Below are positions 10,531-18,349 of a stretch of 60,648 bases of DNA, in pieces. The stretch covers positions 1-60,648 of the IMG/VR virus record IMGVR_UViG_3300032266_000396, one strand, 5' to 3'. The first letter of the stretch is position 1; each line of letters opens with the position of its first letter. Under the pieces are notes generated by a model. The model was not told where the DNA came from. It made no database searches and was given only the letters and a program-made list of their open reading frames with translations. This DNA is from a virus (lineage: Duplodnaviria; Caudoviricetes). Both the position numbers and the translations under genes were made by a program.

Positions 10531-10746
10531 TTATCGCATTGTTGATGCTGTCTTAGAAACTACAACACCTGTTGCTCCTATAGTAGCTAAATAACTACCA
10601 ACAGAAACTAATCCTGCAGGAAGACTAATAGGTGCTGTTGCAATTGCTGTACCTATTGCTCCTAATAGCAATGAAAATCTTAAAACTTTTTTAAAAAATT
10701 TTGGAGTAGGTTCTGATAATCTTTCTAGTAATTCCATTTTATTCAA
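10531..10746 (-). CDS. Putative holin
   Basis: 71 aa, TPKFFKK followed by two hydrophobic segments; adjacent to a peptidoglycan-enzyme candidate. Confidence 0.55.
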   Translation of the reverse strand: MNKMELLERLSEPTPKFFKKVLRFSLLLGAIGTAIATAPISLPAGLVSVGSYLATIGATGVVVSKTASTMR

Positions 10747-11122
10747 TTGTTAAAGTTATGTCTTTTGCAGTTTGCATTTTTTTAAATAATTTTTCAAAAG
10801 CTAATCTTGAGTTTCCAACAAAATCTTTTGAACGTGTAGTTCCTACCAAAATACAACCATCGGTATCGTGATTTGTATTACCGCTATGAATACGAACTCC
10901 TTCAAAGTTAGGAACTTGTAATAATAAAGGTAGTAATTTTTTCATTCTAACTGATTCGTTTATTATTACTTTATAAGTGCCTTTAGGAATTGCAGTTTCC
11001 GATTTTATTTTTACTTCACGCTCTACATCTTCTAAAGTATAACATTCAAACTTACCATCAATAGATAATTCTCCAATTGTTGACCTATCTGTTTTATGTA
11101 ATCTTTTTAAAGTAAGTATCAT
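10739..11122 (-). CDS. DUF5675-like protein, putative endolysin (L,D-transpeptidase-like)
   Basis: CYTLE...TAIPKGTY...VPNFEGVRIHSGN...DTDGCILVG. Confidence 0.7.
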   Translation of the reverse strand: MILTLKRLHKTDRSTIGELSIDGKFECYTLEDVEREVKIKSETAIPKGTYKVIINESVRMKKLLPLLLQVPNFEGVRIHSGNTNHDTDGCILVGTTRSKDFVGNSRLAFEKLFKKMQTAKDITLTIE

Positions 11123-11499
11123 TTGTTTAGTTTTTTATAGCTCTCAAATTCCCGTTTCAACTGCTCGTGGTCTTTTGCTAATTTATTATATTTTTCAGTT
11201 AATTCACGATGTAGTTTTTCCCAGTTTTGAGATTGTTCAACTTCTCTAGCATAAGATATTTGTACTTCGTTAAATTGGTTTTGGATACTTCTACAATCTA
11301 GTCTTAATTGTCTAACTTCTTCTTTTAGTGTTTCTCTTTCTGCTTTTAATTCATCAGCTAAACCACTATAAAGATTCTCAACTTTTGTCAAGAAATCAGC
11401 TTTTAAATTCTTTTTATTTGCAAAATAATTTGCTAAAGTGGTAAATGTACCCGCTCCAACTATTCCTTGCCAATTCTCTGTTAACCATTTGATAATCAT
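11119..11499 (-). CDS. Membrane-anchored coiled-coil protein (lysis accessory?)
   Basis: N-terminal hydrophobic segment followed by a long coiled coil; in the lysis cluster. Confidence 0.5.
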   Translation of the reverse strand: MIIKWLTENWQGIVGAGTFTTLANYFANKKNLKADFLTKVENLYSGLADELKAERETLKEEVRQLRLDCRSIQNQFNEVQISYAREVEQSQNWEKLHRELTEKYNKLAKDHEQLKREFESYKKLNK

Positions 11500-11630
11500 C
11501 GACCTTGCCCTTTATACGCTTTCACGTAATTCTTACTTGTTTTTAAAGTACTTGTTTTTGTCTTAGAAGCTACCCCTTTTGATTTGGATTTCTTTTCGTA
11601 AGAACCGTCTTGTTGCTTAACCTTTGCCAT
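11496..11630 (-). CDS. Small basic protein (44 aa)
   Basis: MAKVKQQDGSYEKKSKSKGVASKTKTSTLKTSKNYVKAYKGQGR. Confidence 0.6.
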   Translation of the reverse strand: MAKVKQQDGSYEKKSKSKGVASKTKTSTLKTSKNYVKAYKGQGR

Positions 11631-11631
11631 C

Positions 11632-12120
11632 TTACCAAAGAGCGTTTACAAGAGTTGCCGTTGTTCCTGTTGCTCTAAGTTTTAAAACTTGAATAGGAAG
11701 TGTTGTTCCTGCAGGTACACCATTAAATGTTATTTGGTCTCCACCAATTGTAATAACAGATACATTACCTGTTCCTCCAACATATAAAAAACAACCCGGA
11801 TTACCCTGACCTGCTTGTGAAGACATAGAGTATACAGTGTAAGTCTGTGCTGTTGCTGTAAAAATATTAGCATTTAATGTAATTTGAGTTTCACTATCTA
11901 CAGATACTACAGTAGCTGCCAACAAACCTGTATCATTATGAACTACATCTCCTATGTAAACAGGATTAGTTATAAAATTTGCAGCAGAATTAATTAATTT
12001 AAAAGCTGTTGCAGTTGTATTAGTTCCTAATGAATTTACTGCGCCCGGAAAAGCAATATCAGCATTATCTGATGGATGAGCTCTTAATGCTCTTGAGAAT
12101 GTTGTTTTAAATACTGACAT
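11632..12120 (-). CDS. Putative virion decoration/structural protein
   Basis: LYVGGTGNVSV...FNGVPAGTTLPIQVLKLRATGTTAT beta-rich motif. Confidence 0.55.
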   Translation of the reverse strand: MSVFKTTFSRALRAHPSDNADIAFPGAVNSLGTNTTATAFKLINSAANFITNPVYIGDVVHNDTGLLAATVVSVDSETQITLNANIFTATAQTYTVYSMSSQAGQGNPGCFLYVGGTGNVSVITIGGDQITFNGVPAGTTLPIQVLKLRATGTTATLVNALW

Positions 12121-12122
12121 AG

Positions 12123-12305
12123 TTATTTATTTTCTTTGTTATAAAATACTTTATTGACTAAAAGGTTAGGGTTGTTTAATGCTTGTTTTCTTTCAGCACA
12201 ACCACAAGGTTTTCCTGTAGCTTTTGAAACTGTATCTACTGCATTTTTAATTCCTGTAGCAGTAGTTATTTTTTCTATTGTATCTCCTAATCCTTTTGAT
12301 TTCAT
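12123..12305 (-). CDS. Hypothetical protein (GLGDTIEK...CGC)
   Basis: 60-aa ORF of a kind common in aquatic phages. Confidence 0.65.
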   Translation of the reverse strand: MKSKGLGDTIEKITTATGIKNAVDTVSKATGKPCGCAERKQALNNPNLLVNKVFYNKENK

Positions 12306-12327
12306 TTTGTAAAGATATTAAATTTTA

Positions 12328-12702
12328 TTAAACTTTTGAAACTCTATTTCCCATACCAACTCTTGACTTCTCTGCTTTCTTAGCAGCTAATTTTGAAGGG
12401 GATATTTGTGATATAGTCTTTGGTGTCGAATTTGACACCTTTACTTTTGGTCTGCAGTACTCATTACTTCCTCCTGCTCCACAAGCTTTACCTGTTCTAG
12501 TGTCGGTCCACTTCTCTTTTTCCCACCTTTTTAATGATGTACCTGCCTCAGTCTTCCTTACAACTCCTGAACCCTTACGGCATTTAGCAATCGCTTGAGA
12601 AGCTCTTGCGGATGGAAAGACATCATACTGAGCTTTTACTTTTGTATAACAAGCATCCTTTGGCATCTTATTTCTTTTTAGCAGGTATAACTCCGCTTGC
12701 AT
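12328..12702 (-). CDS. Basic Cys-containing hypothetical protein (true start likely MPKDACY near 12666)
   Basis: DACYTKVK...PSARAS...KCR...LKRWEKEKW...YCRP. Confidence 0.65.
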   Translation of the reverse strand: MQAELYLLKRNKMPKDACYTKVKAQYDVFPSARASQAIAKCRKGSGVVRKTEAGTSLKRWEKEKWTDTRTGKACGAGGSNEYCRPKVKVSNSTPKTISQISPSKLAAKKAEKSRVGMGNRVSKV

Positions 12703-12814
12703 CAGGGAATCCTTTTTTTGTAGTTTTACCTACATTCCCTTTTAACATTTTCATTTTACCATCTAATGATTTCTTAGACTCGTATTGCTTAGCTTTCTCA
12801 ATTACTTTTTTCAT
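12668..12814 (-). CDS. Small basic protein (48 aa)
   Basis: MKKVIEKAKQYESKKSLDGKMKMLKGNVGK...; fills the gap between its neighbours. Confidence 0.55.
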   Translation of the reverse strand: MKKVIEKAKQYESKKSLDGKMKMLKGNVGKTTKKGFPDASGVIPAKKK

Positions 12815-13104
12815 TAGTATTTTCCTTTTCTATTTGATGGATTTGGTGTGGTAGAACCTCCCGGTCCTGCCCATAAGTTTTTACACGCCCAATACCTTGG
12901 AGTTAATTTGTCATTGGCATTAGCGCAATCGTGTCTTGCTTTAAAACTCTTACGAGCAGCAGCACTGTAATTATTGCCATAACCTTTTGCTCCAAAATGG
13001 AGAAGTTTTTCTTCTCCATTGGAACAAGCTTTTACCATCTTCTTCTTTCCCGGTCTATCCGATGGAACAGGATGGTTGCATTTCATATTTGCTTTATTAG
13101 CCAT
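12814..13104 (-). CDS. Basic hypothetical protein
   Basis: KKMVKAC...HFGAKGY...ARKSFKARHDC...RYWACKNLW. Confidence 0.7.
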   Translation of the reverse strand: MANKANMKCNHPVPSDRPGKKKMVKACSNGEEKLLHFGAKGYGNNYSAAARKSFKARHDCANANDKLTPRYWACKNLWAGPGGSTTPNPSNRKGKY

Positions 13105-13105
13105 A

Positions 13106-13264
13106 TTATTCAGTAACTACTTCTTTAACATCAGTAAGGTCTCTACTGTGATGACCCGGGTCTATTCTTTCAGGAGGAGGTATGTTTAATACCACTTCTT
13201 GAACTTCTACTACTTCAGTTACTACTTCAGGAACTACTACTTCTTCTTTTAATTTCTTTGCCAT
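13106..13264 (-). CDS. Small Glu/Val-rich protein (52 aa)
   Basis: MAKKLKEEVVVPEVVTEVVEVQEVVLNIPPPERIDPGHHSRDLTDVKEVVTE. Confidence 0.55.
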   Translation of the reverse strand: MAKKLKEEVVVPEVVTEVVEVQEVVLNIPPPERIDPGHHSRDLTDVKEVVTE

Positions 13265-13282
13265 TTTTCTTAAAATTAATTG

Positions 13283-13465
13283 TTAGCAATAAGGATTAGT
13301 TCCCTTCATCCCTTTTTTAGATGCACCGCTAAGAACTTTTTTTGAAATCCCTTTGCTGCCGCCTTTCATACCACCGGTCTCTTTAATCATACTGTTTCCG
13401 CTTACGCTTGGCGGTTGTAAACGAGATGAACCCGGTAAATTCGGAGTGTCTTTTTCTTTAGCCAT
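13283..13465 (-). CDS. Small basic protein, TPxLPxSSR family
   Basis: MAKEKDTPNLPGSSRLQ. Confidence 0.65.
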   Translation of the reverse strand: MAKEKDTPNLPGSSRLQPPSVSGNSMIKETGGMKGGSKGISKKVLSGASKKGMKGTNPYC

Positions 13466-13629
13466 TATTTCTTTTTGATTGCTGTTTTAACCATTCCTTT
13501 TACTGCTCCTTTTACTGCCCCTTTGACAGCTCCTTTAAGTGCTCCTTTGATAGCAGGTTTTGCTGCTGCCATTGGCATCTGCATTCTTGATGATGCAGGT
13601 AATCCCGGTGTTGCTTTTGCTTTTGCCAT
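13465..13629 (-). CDS. Small basic protein, TPxLPxSSR family, with KGA(V/L) repeats (54 aa)
   Basis: MAKAKATPGLPASSRMQMPMAAAKPAIKGALKGAVKGAVKGAVKGMVKTAIKKK. Confidence 0.65.
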   Translation of the reverse strand: MAKAKATPGLPASSRMQMPMAAAKPAIKGALKGAVKGAVKGAVKGMVKTAIKKK

Positions 13630-13648
13630 TTTGTTTTAATTTAGTTGT

Positions 13649-13924
13649 TTATTGTTCTTTTTCTTTTAAATACTGAGTTCCCAAGGTGTTTTTTAAACCT
13701 GCCAAGCCTTGAAGTTTGCCTGAGCCGGTCTGTGTACGACCTTTATCCTTTGAAGCTCTTCGTGCTTCATTAAGTTTTTTCTGACCTTCATCAACAATTT
13801 TTTTTCTTGCATCTGCTCTTTTTTGAATATCAGCTAATGCAGTACCGACATCGGTAACTTTTGAATTTGTAGGAGTAGCTGCTAATGGAGTGTCGGGTCT
13901 GTTTGTTTTTTTAGGGTCCGGCAT
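13649..13924 (-). CDS. Small protein, RPDTPLA family
   Basis: NRPDTPLAATP near the N-terminus. Confidence 0.7.
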   Translation of the reverse strand: MPDPKKTNRPDTPLAATPTNSKVTDVGTALADIQKRADARKKIVDEGQKKLNEARRASKDKGRTQTGSGKLQGLAGLKNTLGTQYLKEKEQ

Positions 13925-13929
13925 AATTT

Positions 13930-14163
13930 CTATTGTTTAGGAGGTTGTGCTGCCTCGGGTTGTGGTTGTGCTGCTTGTGCTGTTTGAGCCATCTTCATTT
14001 GAGACATAGCATCAACTTGCTGTATAGCATTATTTGCAGTTTGCTCGTACTTGCTTGAAACTCTTTGTTGAGTCATACCTCCCATATTAGGAGCGGCTTG
14101 TAGTCCTGAGCTAACAGGTTGAGGTTCCGGAGTAGGTGCTAATGGTGTATCAGGTCTTGTCAT
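13930..14163 (-). CDS. Small protein, RPDTPLA family
   Basis: TRPDTPLAPTPEP at the N-terminus. Confidence 0.7.
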   Translation of the reverse strand: MTRPDTPLAPTPEPQPVSSGLQAAPNMGGMTQQRVSSKYEQTANNAIQQVDAMSQMKMAQTAQAAQPQPEAAQPPKQ

Positions 14164-14168
14164 TGTTA

Positions 14169-14432
14169 TTAAAAATCAGATGGTTTCATTCCTTTTAGTG
14201 CATTACCAGTATTATTCATTTCATTTTTTGATTGGTTTTCTTTTGCTGCTTTCAACGCCTTATCAGCATTATCTTTAACTCTTCTTTCTTCAATAAGTTT
14301 TTTCATACTTCCTTTCATTGATTCTGCAGCTTGTCTTTCTCTTTCTTGTTGCATACCGACAGGTTCAGGAGTTGGTGCTAAAGGAGTATCAGGTCGGTTG
14401 TGTTTACTCTTGTCTTTTTTAAGTTGGTCCAT
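14169..14432 (-). CDS. Small protein, RPDTPLA family
   Basis: NRPDTPLAPTPEP near the N-terminus. Confidence 0.7.
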   Translation of the reverse strand: MDQLKKDKSKHNRPDTPLAPTPEPVGMQQERERQAAESMKGSMKKLIEERRVKDNADKALKAAKENQSKNEMNNTGNALKGMKPSDF

Positions 14433-14452
14433 TGTAATTATTTTTTAATTAA

Positions 14453-14470
14453 TAACTTTGTACAAATGTA
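14453..14470. promoter_or_regulatory. Overlapping, oppositely oriented -7 promoter elements: TAACTTTG (+, 14453-14460) and TACATTTG (-, 14463-14470)
   Basis: Both match TAnnTTTG within a 53-bp gap between divergent genes. Confidence 0.55.
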
Positions 14471-14485
14471 ATAAAAAAAAATTAA

Positions 14486-14935
14486 ATGAAATCAAATCAA
14501 AATGATTACCTAAAATATTGGAGAGTTATAAGACAATTCGTAAAAATAAAATACGAACTAACTCAGGCTGATTTAGATATGTTGCTATTCTTATACTCTG
14601 AAAAATATTTTGACAAAGATAAATTTGAAGAATTTCATAGCCTCCTTGGTTGGGATAAAAACAGATTTGAAAGACTTAAACAACAAGGATGGATTCAGGT
14701 TTTTAGAAGTCCAATGACTCCCGGTGGAAGGAAAGCAATATATCAATTATCATTAAAATCTAATTCTATGATTCAGTCGATATATAGAAAACTAAACGGG
14801 GAAGAAATCCCCGTTAGTAGTTCAGGCAATAAAATGTTTCATAGAAACGTATCGTACTCAGATAAAGTTTATCGTGATATGATAATCGAAATGAACAAAA
14901 CTATAAAACAACAACGACATCGTTCTCACGAATAA
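14486..14935 (+). CDS. Winged-helix (MarR-like) DNA-binding protein
   Basis: LTQADLDMLLFL...FERLKQQGWIQVFR...KAIYQLS; the only plus-strand gene in the structural arm. Confidence 0.55.
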   Translation: MKSNQNDYLKYWRVIRQFVKIKYELTQADLDMLLFLYSEKYFDKDKFEEFHSLLGWDKNRFERLKQQGWIQVFRSPMTPGGRKAIYQLSLKSNSMIQSIYRKLNGEEIPVSSSGNKMFHRNVSYSDKVYRDMIIEMNKTIKQQRHRSHE

Positions 14936-15164
14936 TTGTGTACTGCTTGTCATCAATTATCATTGTGAATCCGTGTGCCTTATCATAGTATATGTCATCA
15001 TCTTTCTTGATGTGCGGAACATCAGTTCCTGCTTCTATTACTAAGCCACGTTTGTAACGCATCTGATTCATATCCTCTCCCGAGAGAAATAATCCTGATT
15101 CCGTTTTCAATTCTTCATCAATGGTCTTGATGACTATGTATTTACCGATTGGTTTAAGTGCCAT
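14901..15164 (-). CDS. groES: Co-chaperonin GroES
   Basis: LKPIGKYIVI...KTESGLFL...GLVIEAG...YTIIRENDVVVVL. Confidence 0.85.
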   Translation of the reverse strand: MALKPIGKYIVIKTIDEELKTESGLFLSGEDMNQMRYKRGLVIEAGTDVPHIKKDDDIYYDKAHGFTMIIDDKQYTIIRENDVVVVL

Positions 15165-15167
15165 AAT

Positions 15168-15404
15168 TTAATACTTAAATGTTAACACTTTAACCACATT
15201 CATCTGAGCATCCAAAATATCTCCGATGGTCTTATCAAACAACAACCTACACAAAGGTCTCTCTGAACTTGGGTCAGCATTATCGTTTAATAAATCTGCC
15301 AATTCTGCACAAAGCTCTTTTGCTCTTTGCACTTTTTCATCTCCTGAAGGATTGAATGTCAATCCAACTAATTTTTCTCCGAATGTTAATTCTTTTTCTG
15401 CCAT
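15168..15404 (-). CDS. Helical-hairpin protein, possibly Acb2/Tad1-like
   Basis: FNPSGDEKVQRAKELCAELADLL...RLLFDKTIGDILDAQMNVVKVLT. Confidence 0.4.
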   Translation of the reverse strand: MAEKELTFGEKLVGLTFNPSGDEKVQRAKELCAELADLLNDNADPSSERPLCRLLFDKTIGDILDAQMNVVKVLTFKY

Positions 15405-15415
15405 TTTAATTTAAT

Positions 15416-15643
15416 TTAATTGATTAATTTTATAAAAATAGGTGTTCGTTCCCCAACGTATGCACATTCAATATTGAACTCATAGAACTCAATAGCTTCT
15501 TGCTCGTTCATCTCTTGAGTCATTAGTATCTCGATAACCTTGTCAACAGAATACACAAGTCTTCCTTCGGACCATACTCCAATGATGGCATCATCTAATC
15601 CATCAGCTTTTAAGAATCCCTCTTCCGGGTACTCATCTAATAT
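15416..15643 (-). CDS. Hypothetical protein lacking a canonical start codon
   Basis: Open frame ILDEYPEEGFLKADGLDDAIIG...EAIEFYEFNIECAYVGERTPIFIKLIN; first in-frame GTG only at codon 30. Confidence 0.55.
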   Translation of the reverse strand: MLDEYPEEGFLKADGLDDAIIGVWSEGRLVYSVDKVIEILMTQEMNEQEAIEFYEFNIECAYVGERTPIFIKLIN

Positions 15644-15648
15644 TCTTT

Positions 15649-17265
15649 TTAGTCTTCAGCTTGCACATAAGTACGAGCTAACGTAATTATGGCGTTAGTG
15701 CTCAAGATTGTTACAGCTACACTCACTGCATTCTGTAATGCTGAACGTGTTACTTTCAATGGGTCAATTACTCCCATCTTTATCAGGTCTCCAAACTCTC
15801 TTGTCTTCAAGTTGTAACCTTGTCCTTGAGCAACTCCATCTTTATAAATGTCCGATGCTTTCAATCCTGCGTTGTCAAGTATCTGCAAGAACGGAGCCAT
15901 AAGTGCACCTTTCAAAATCATCACAGCCGCATTATACTCAGGGCTTTTGTCCTCATCTATGCACAAAGCTGCTGACTCTTCAAGTAAAGCCTTTCCTGCA
16001 CCCGGAAGAATCCCTTCCTCTAGTGCAGAACGCACTGCACAAACAGCATCATCAACTCTATCAAACAACTCTTTCTGCTCCAAATCGGTCTGTCCACCTA
16101 CGAAAATTACCCCAATTCCACCCGTTAAAGAGGCGATTCTCTCCAAAATAAAGTCCTTATCGTGCTTTTTTGTGGCTATTTTATGGGCATCCCATAGCTG
16201 ATTTACCCTTTCCTCAATAGCTTTTTGGTCTAATTTCAGGTCAGATTTGATGATAACAGTCTTGTCTTTGCTGACAATTACCTTAGCTGCGTGCCCAAGG
16301 TCTCCATAATTGATAATACTCAGGTCATCCCCGGTCTTCTCACTGAAGTATGTAGCCCCAACACTGATAGCAATGTCGTGCATTAACTCGTGCTGCTTGT
16401 ACCCGAAGCTCGGAGGAGCAACTGCACACACTTTGATATGACCCTTCATCACGTTTGCCGCCAAACTATTAATCAAGTTCTGACCACAAGGAGAAATGAT
16501 TAGCAACTTTTTACCTTCTGAAACAATTGGTTTCAATACGTTCTCAATCTGAAGGATATTTGTAATCTCCATATCAGCTACCATTACCATAGTGTCTTCA
16601 AAGACACACTCGTCTTTCTTTTGGTCATTGATAAACATAGGGCTCAAGTACCCTCTATCAAACTTCAACCCTAATGTGGTTTCAGCATAGGTCTCTGTAC
16701 TTTGGCTTTTCTCTACCGTAACAATCCCTGTCTTACCTACATCTTTGTACACCTCAGCGATTATCCTTCCAATCTCTCGGTCATTGTTTGCAGATATACT
16801 CGCCACATCTACTAACATTGTACTCGTAACTCTCTTGCTTCGTCTTCGTAACTTATCCACCACCTTGTCGCTTATCTCCACCATACTTCTCAGGACCTCA
16901 GTTCGGTTCATATCCTCACTGATAAGACCAAGCCCATTAATAACTAACCCTTCAGTTAGAACAATAGCTGTGGTTGTACCATCTCCTGCTGCGGTAGCAG
17001 TTCTGTCGGCAGCTTCCTTCATCATCTTAACCGCAAGGTTCTCACTCGGGTCCAATAAGTCAATTGATTTTGCAACTGTTACTCCATCTTTGGTAACAGT
17101 AATACCGTGGGTGTGGTTTGGGGATTCAATTAGTACAGGATTTCCTCCCGGACCCAATGTACTCTTTACAGCTTTGGACATTTTTGTAACGCCACTAACT
17201 AATTTCTTCCTGCCTGTGTCTCCAAAACACAAATCTTTAGGAGAATAACCTTGATTTTCTAACAT
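15649..17265 (-). CDS. groEL: Chaperonin GroEL
   Basis: TLGPGG, VTKDGVTVAK, AGDGTTTA, FDRGYLSP, ERIASL and GVIDPLKVTRSALQNA motifs. Confidence 0.97.
   Translation of the reverse strand: MLENQGYSPKDLCFGDTGRKKLVSGVTKMSKAVKSTLGPGGNPVLIESPNHTHGITVTKDGVTVAKSIDLLDPSENLAVKMMKEAADRTATAAGDGTTTAIVLTEGLVINGLGLISEDMNRTEVLRSMVEISDKVVDKLRRRSKRVTSTMLVDVASISANNDREIGRIIAEVYKDVGKTGIVTVEKSQSTETYAETTLGLKFDRGYLSPMFINDQKKDECVFEDTMVMVADMEITNILQIENVLKPIVSEGKKLLIISPCGQNLINSLAANVMKGHIKVCAVAPPSFGYKQHELMHDIAISVGATYFSEKTGDDLSIINYGDLGHAAKVIVSKDKTVIIKSDLKLDQKAIEERVNQLWDAHKIATKKHDKDFILERIASLTGGIGVIFVGGQTDLEQKELFDRVDDAVCAVRSALEEGILPGAGKALLEESAALCIDEDKSPEYNAAVMILKGALMAPFLQILDNAGLKASDIYKDGVAQGQGYNLKTREFGDLIKMGVIDPLKVTRSALQNAVSVAVTILSTNAIITLARTYVQAED
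16592..16607. repeat. 16-bp palindrome GTGTCTTCAAAGACAC inside groEL
   Basis: Exact copy; encodes CVFEDT. Confidence 0.9.
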
Positions 17266-17291
17266 TTGATTTGATTTTTAATTGTTACGTG

Positions 17292-17299
17292 CAAATATA
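17292..17299 (-). promoter_or_regulatory. -7 element TATATTTG for the groEL operon
   Basis: TAnnTTTG match upstream of the groEL ATG. Confidence 0.55.
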
Positions 17300-17389
17300 G
17301 TACAATAAAAGTTAATTAATACACCTTTTGAAAAAAATATGCGTTAGCAAAACAATATTATTGCTATGTTGTTGTTGTTCTCATCTTAT

Positions 17390-17590
17390 GTGTGTGTCGG
17401 AATGTCGATTTTAAGTTTTCCCTACTCTCTCTTAGAAAATACTATTATATATATATTTTTTCTGACTATAAAACTTATTCTTTTTTGACATTATCGACAT
17501 TAAAAGAATAAAGAGTTAATAATTAAGAAGTTACAAAAATTAAGTTGTCGCAAAAACAACATAAAATATAACCGGTTCTGTCGATTATAA
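17390..17590. other. Origin-like region A: TGTCG/CGACA inverted motifs flanking an AT-rich core
   Basis: gtgtcgg, atgtcga, AT-rich tract, ttgacat, tcgacat, ttgtcg, ctgtcga. Confidence 0.4.
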
Positions 17591-17592
17591 AT

Positions 17593-17620
17593 AAAAAAAC
17601 CCACATTTTAAAAATATGGG
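17593..17620 (-). terminator. Putative intrinsic terminator
   Basis: Imperfect hairpin CCCATATTT/AAATGTGGG followed by a T-run on the minus strand. Confidence 0.5.
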
Positions 17621-17642
17621 CTGTTTCATAAATGGAATTTTA

Positions 17643-17879
17643 CTAATCGCAACCGCAACTGTCTTCTTCCATCATCTCACTCATAGCATTTCCTCTTGCC
17701 ACAATAGAAATCTTTTCAGATACCTTCATAGCTTTCTTCATCTGAGCAAGTTGTGCAATACCCGTTTGTCCATCAGGTCGGTTGTTAATCAACATACCAT
17801 CTTTTACTGTTAAACCCGATTTACCTAAAGAACCATTCTGTTGGTAAATACTGTTTTTTAAATTTAAAGGTTGTTTCAT
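17643..17879 (-). CDS. Hypothetical protein (78 aa from MKQPLNLK)
   Basis: ATG at 17879 preceded by TATCTTTG at 17912-17905. Confidence 0.6.
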   Translation of the reverse strand: MKQPLNLKNSIYQQNGSLGKSGLTVKDGMLINNRPDGQTGIAQLAQMKKAMKVSEKISIVARGNAMSEMMEEDSCGCD

Positions 17880-18053
17880 TTTGCGAAATTTTAAAAGTTC
17901 ATTACAAAGATAGGTTTTTTTTCTTATCAGGTGTATATACTGTTTGGGTAGTATGGCGGTTTGGCGAGCCGACCCCTCGCAGGAAAGTGAGATTTTTTTA
18001 GAGGGGTGGGGGGGCAATTCCGAAAAAAGTCTCAGATTTTTTAGGCTTTTTGC

Positions 18054-18177
18054 TACAGCCTACAGCCTCCCGCTCCCGCTACAGCCTACATCTACAGCGA
18101 CCAATACAGCGACCGATACAGCCCCGCTACAGCGACCAATACAGCCCCGCTACAGCGACCCGCTACGCTCCGCTGTA
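18054..18177 (+). repeat. TACAGC short-repeat array (9 direct copies, 1 inverted)
   Basis: TACAGC at 18054, 18061, 18080, 18093, 18105, 18117, 18128, 18140, 18151; GCTGTA at 18172. Confidence 0.85.
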
Positions 18178-18189
18178 GCCCTCCGCTTT

Positions 18190-18205
18190 GTGTCTTTAAA
18201 GACAC
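18190..18205. repeat. 16-bp palindrome, perfectly symmetric variant GTGTCTTTAAAGACAC
   Basis: One mismatch to the consensus. Confidence 0.85.
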
Positions 18206-18349
18206 TTAAAAAACGTGCGAAGCCCCGCAAACAAAGGGTTCACGCCCTCCGATAAAAAAAACATCTTATAAAGTACAATAATTAGACCCTTGCGAAGCCC
18301 TATAAACATTGAGAAAATGAGATTTTTTTAAAAAAATATCAAAAAAAAC

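Noticed and set aside
18054-18177. TACAGC array as a mini-CRISPR or as the CDS 17944..18255
   Set aside because: The period is 7-19 bp with no unique spacers; the ORF is a low-complexity translation of the repeats
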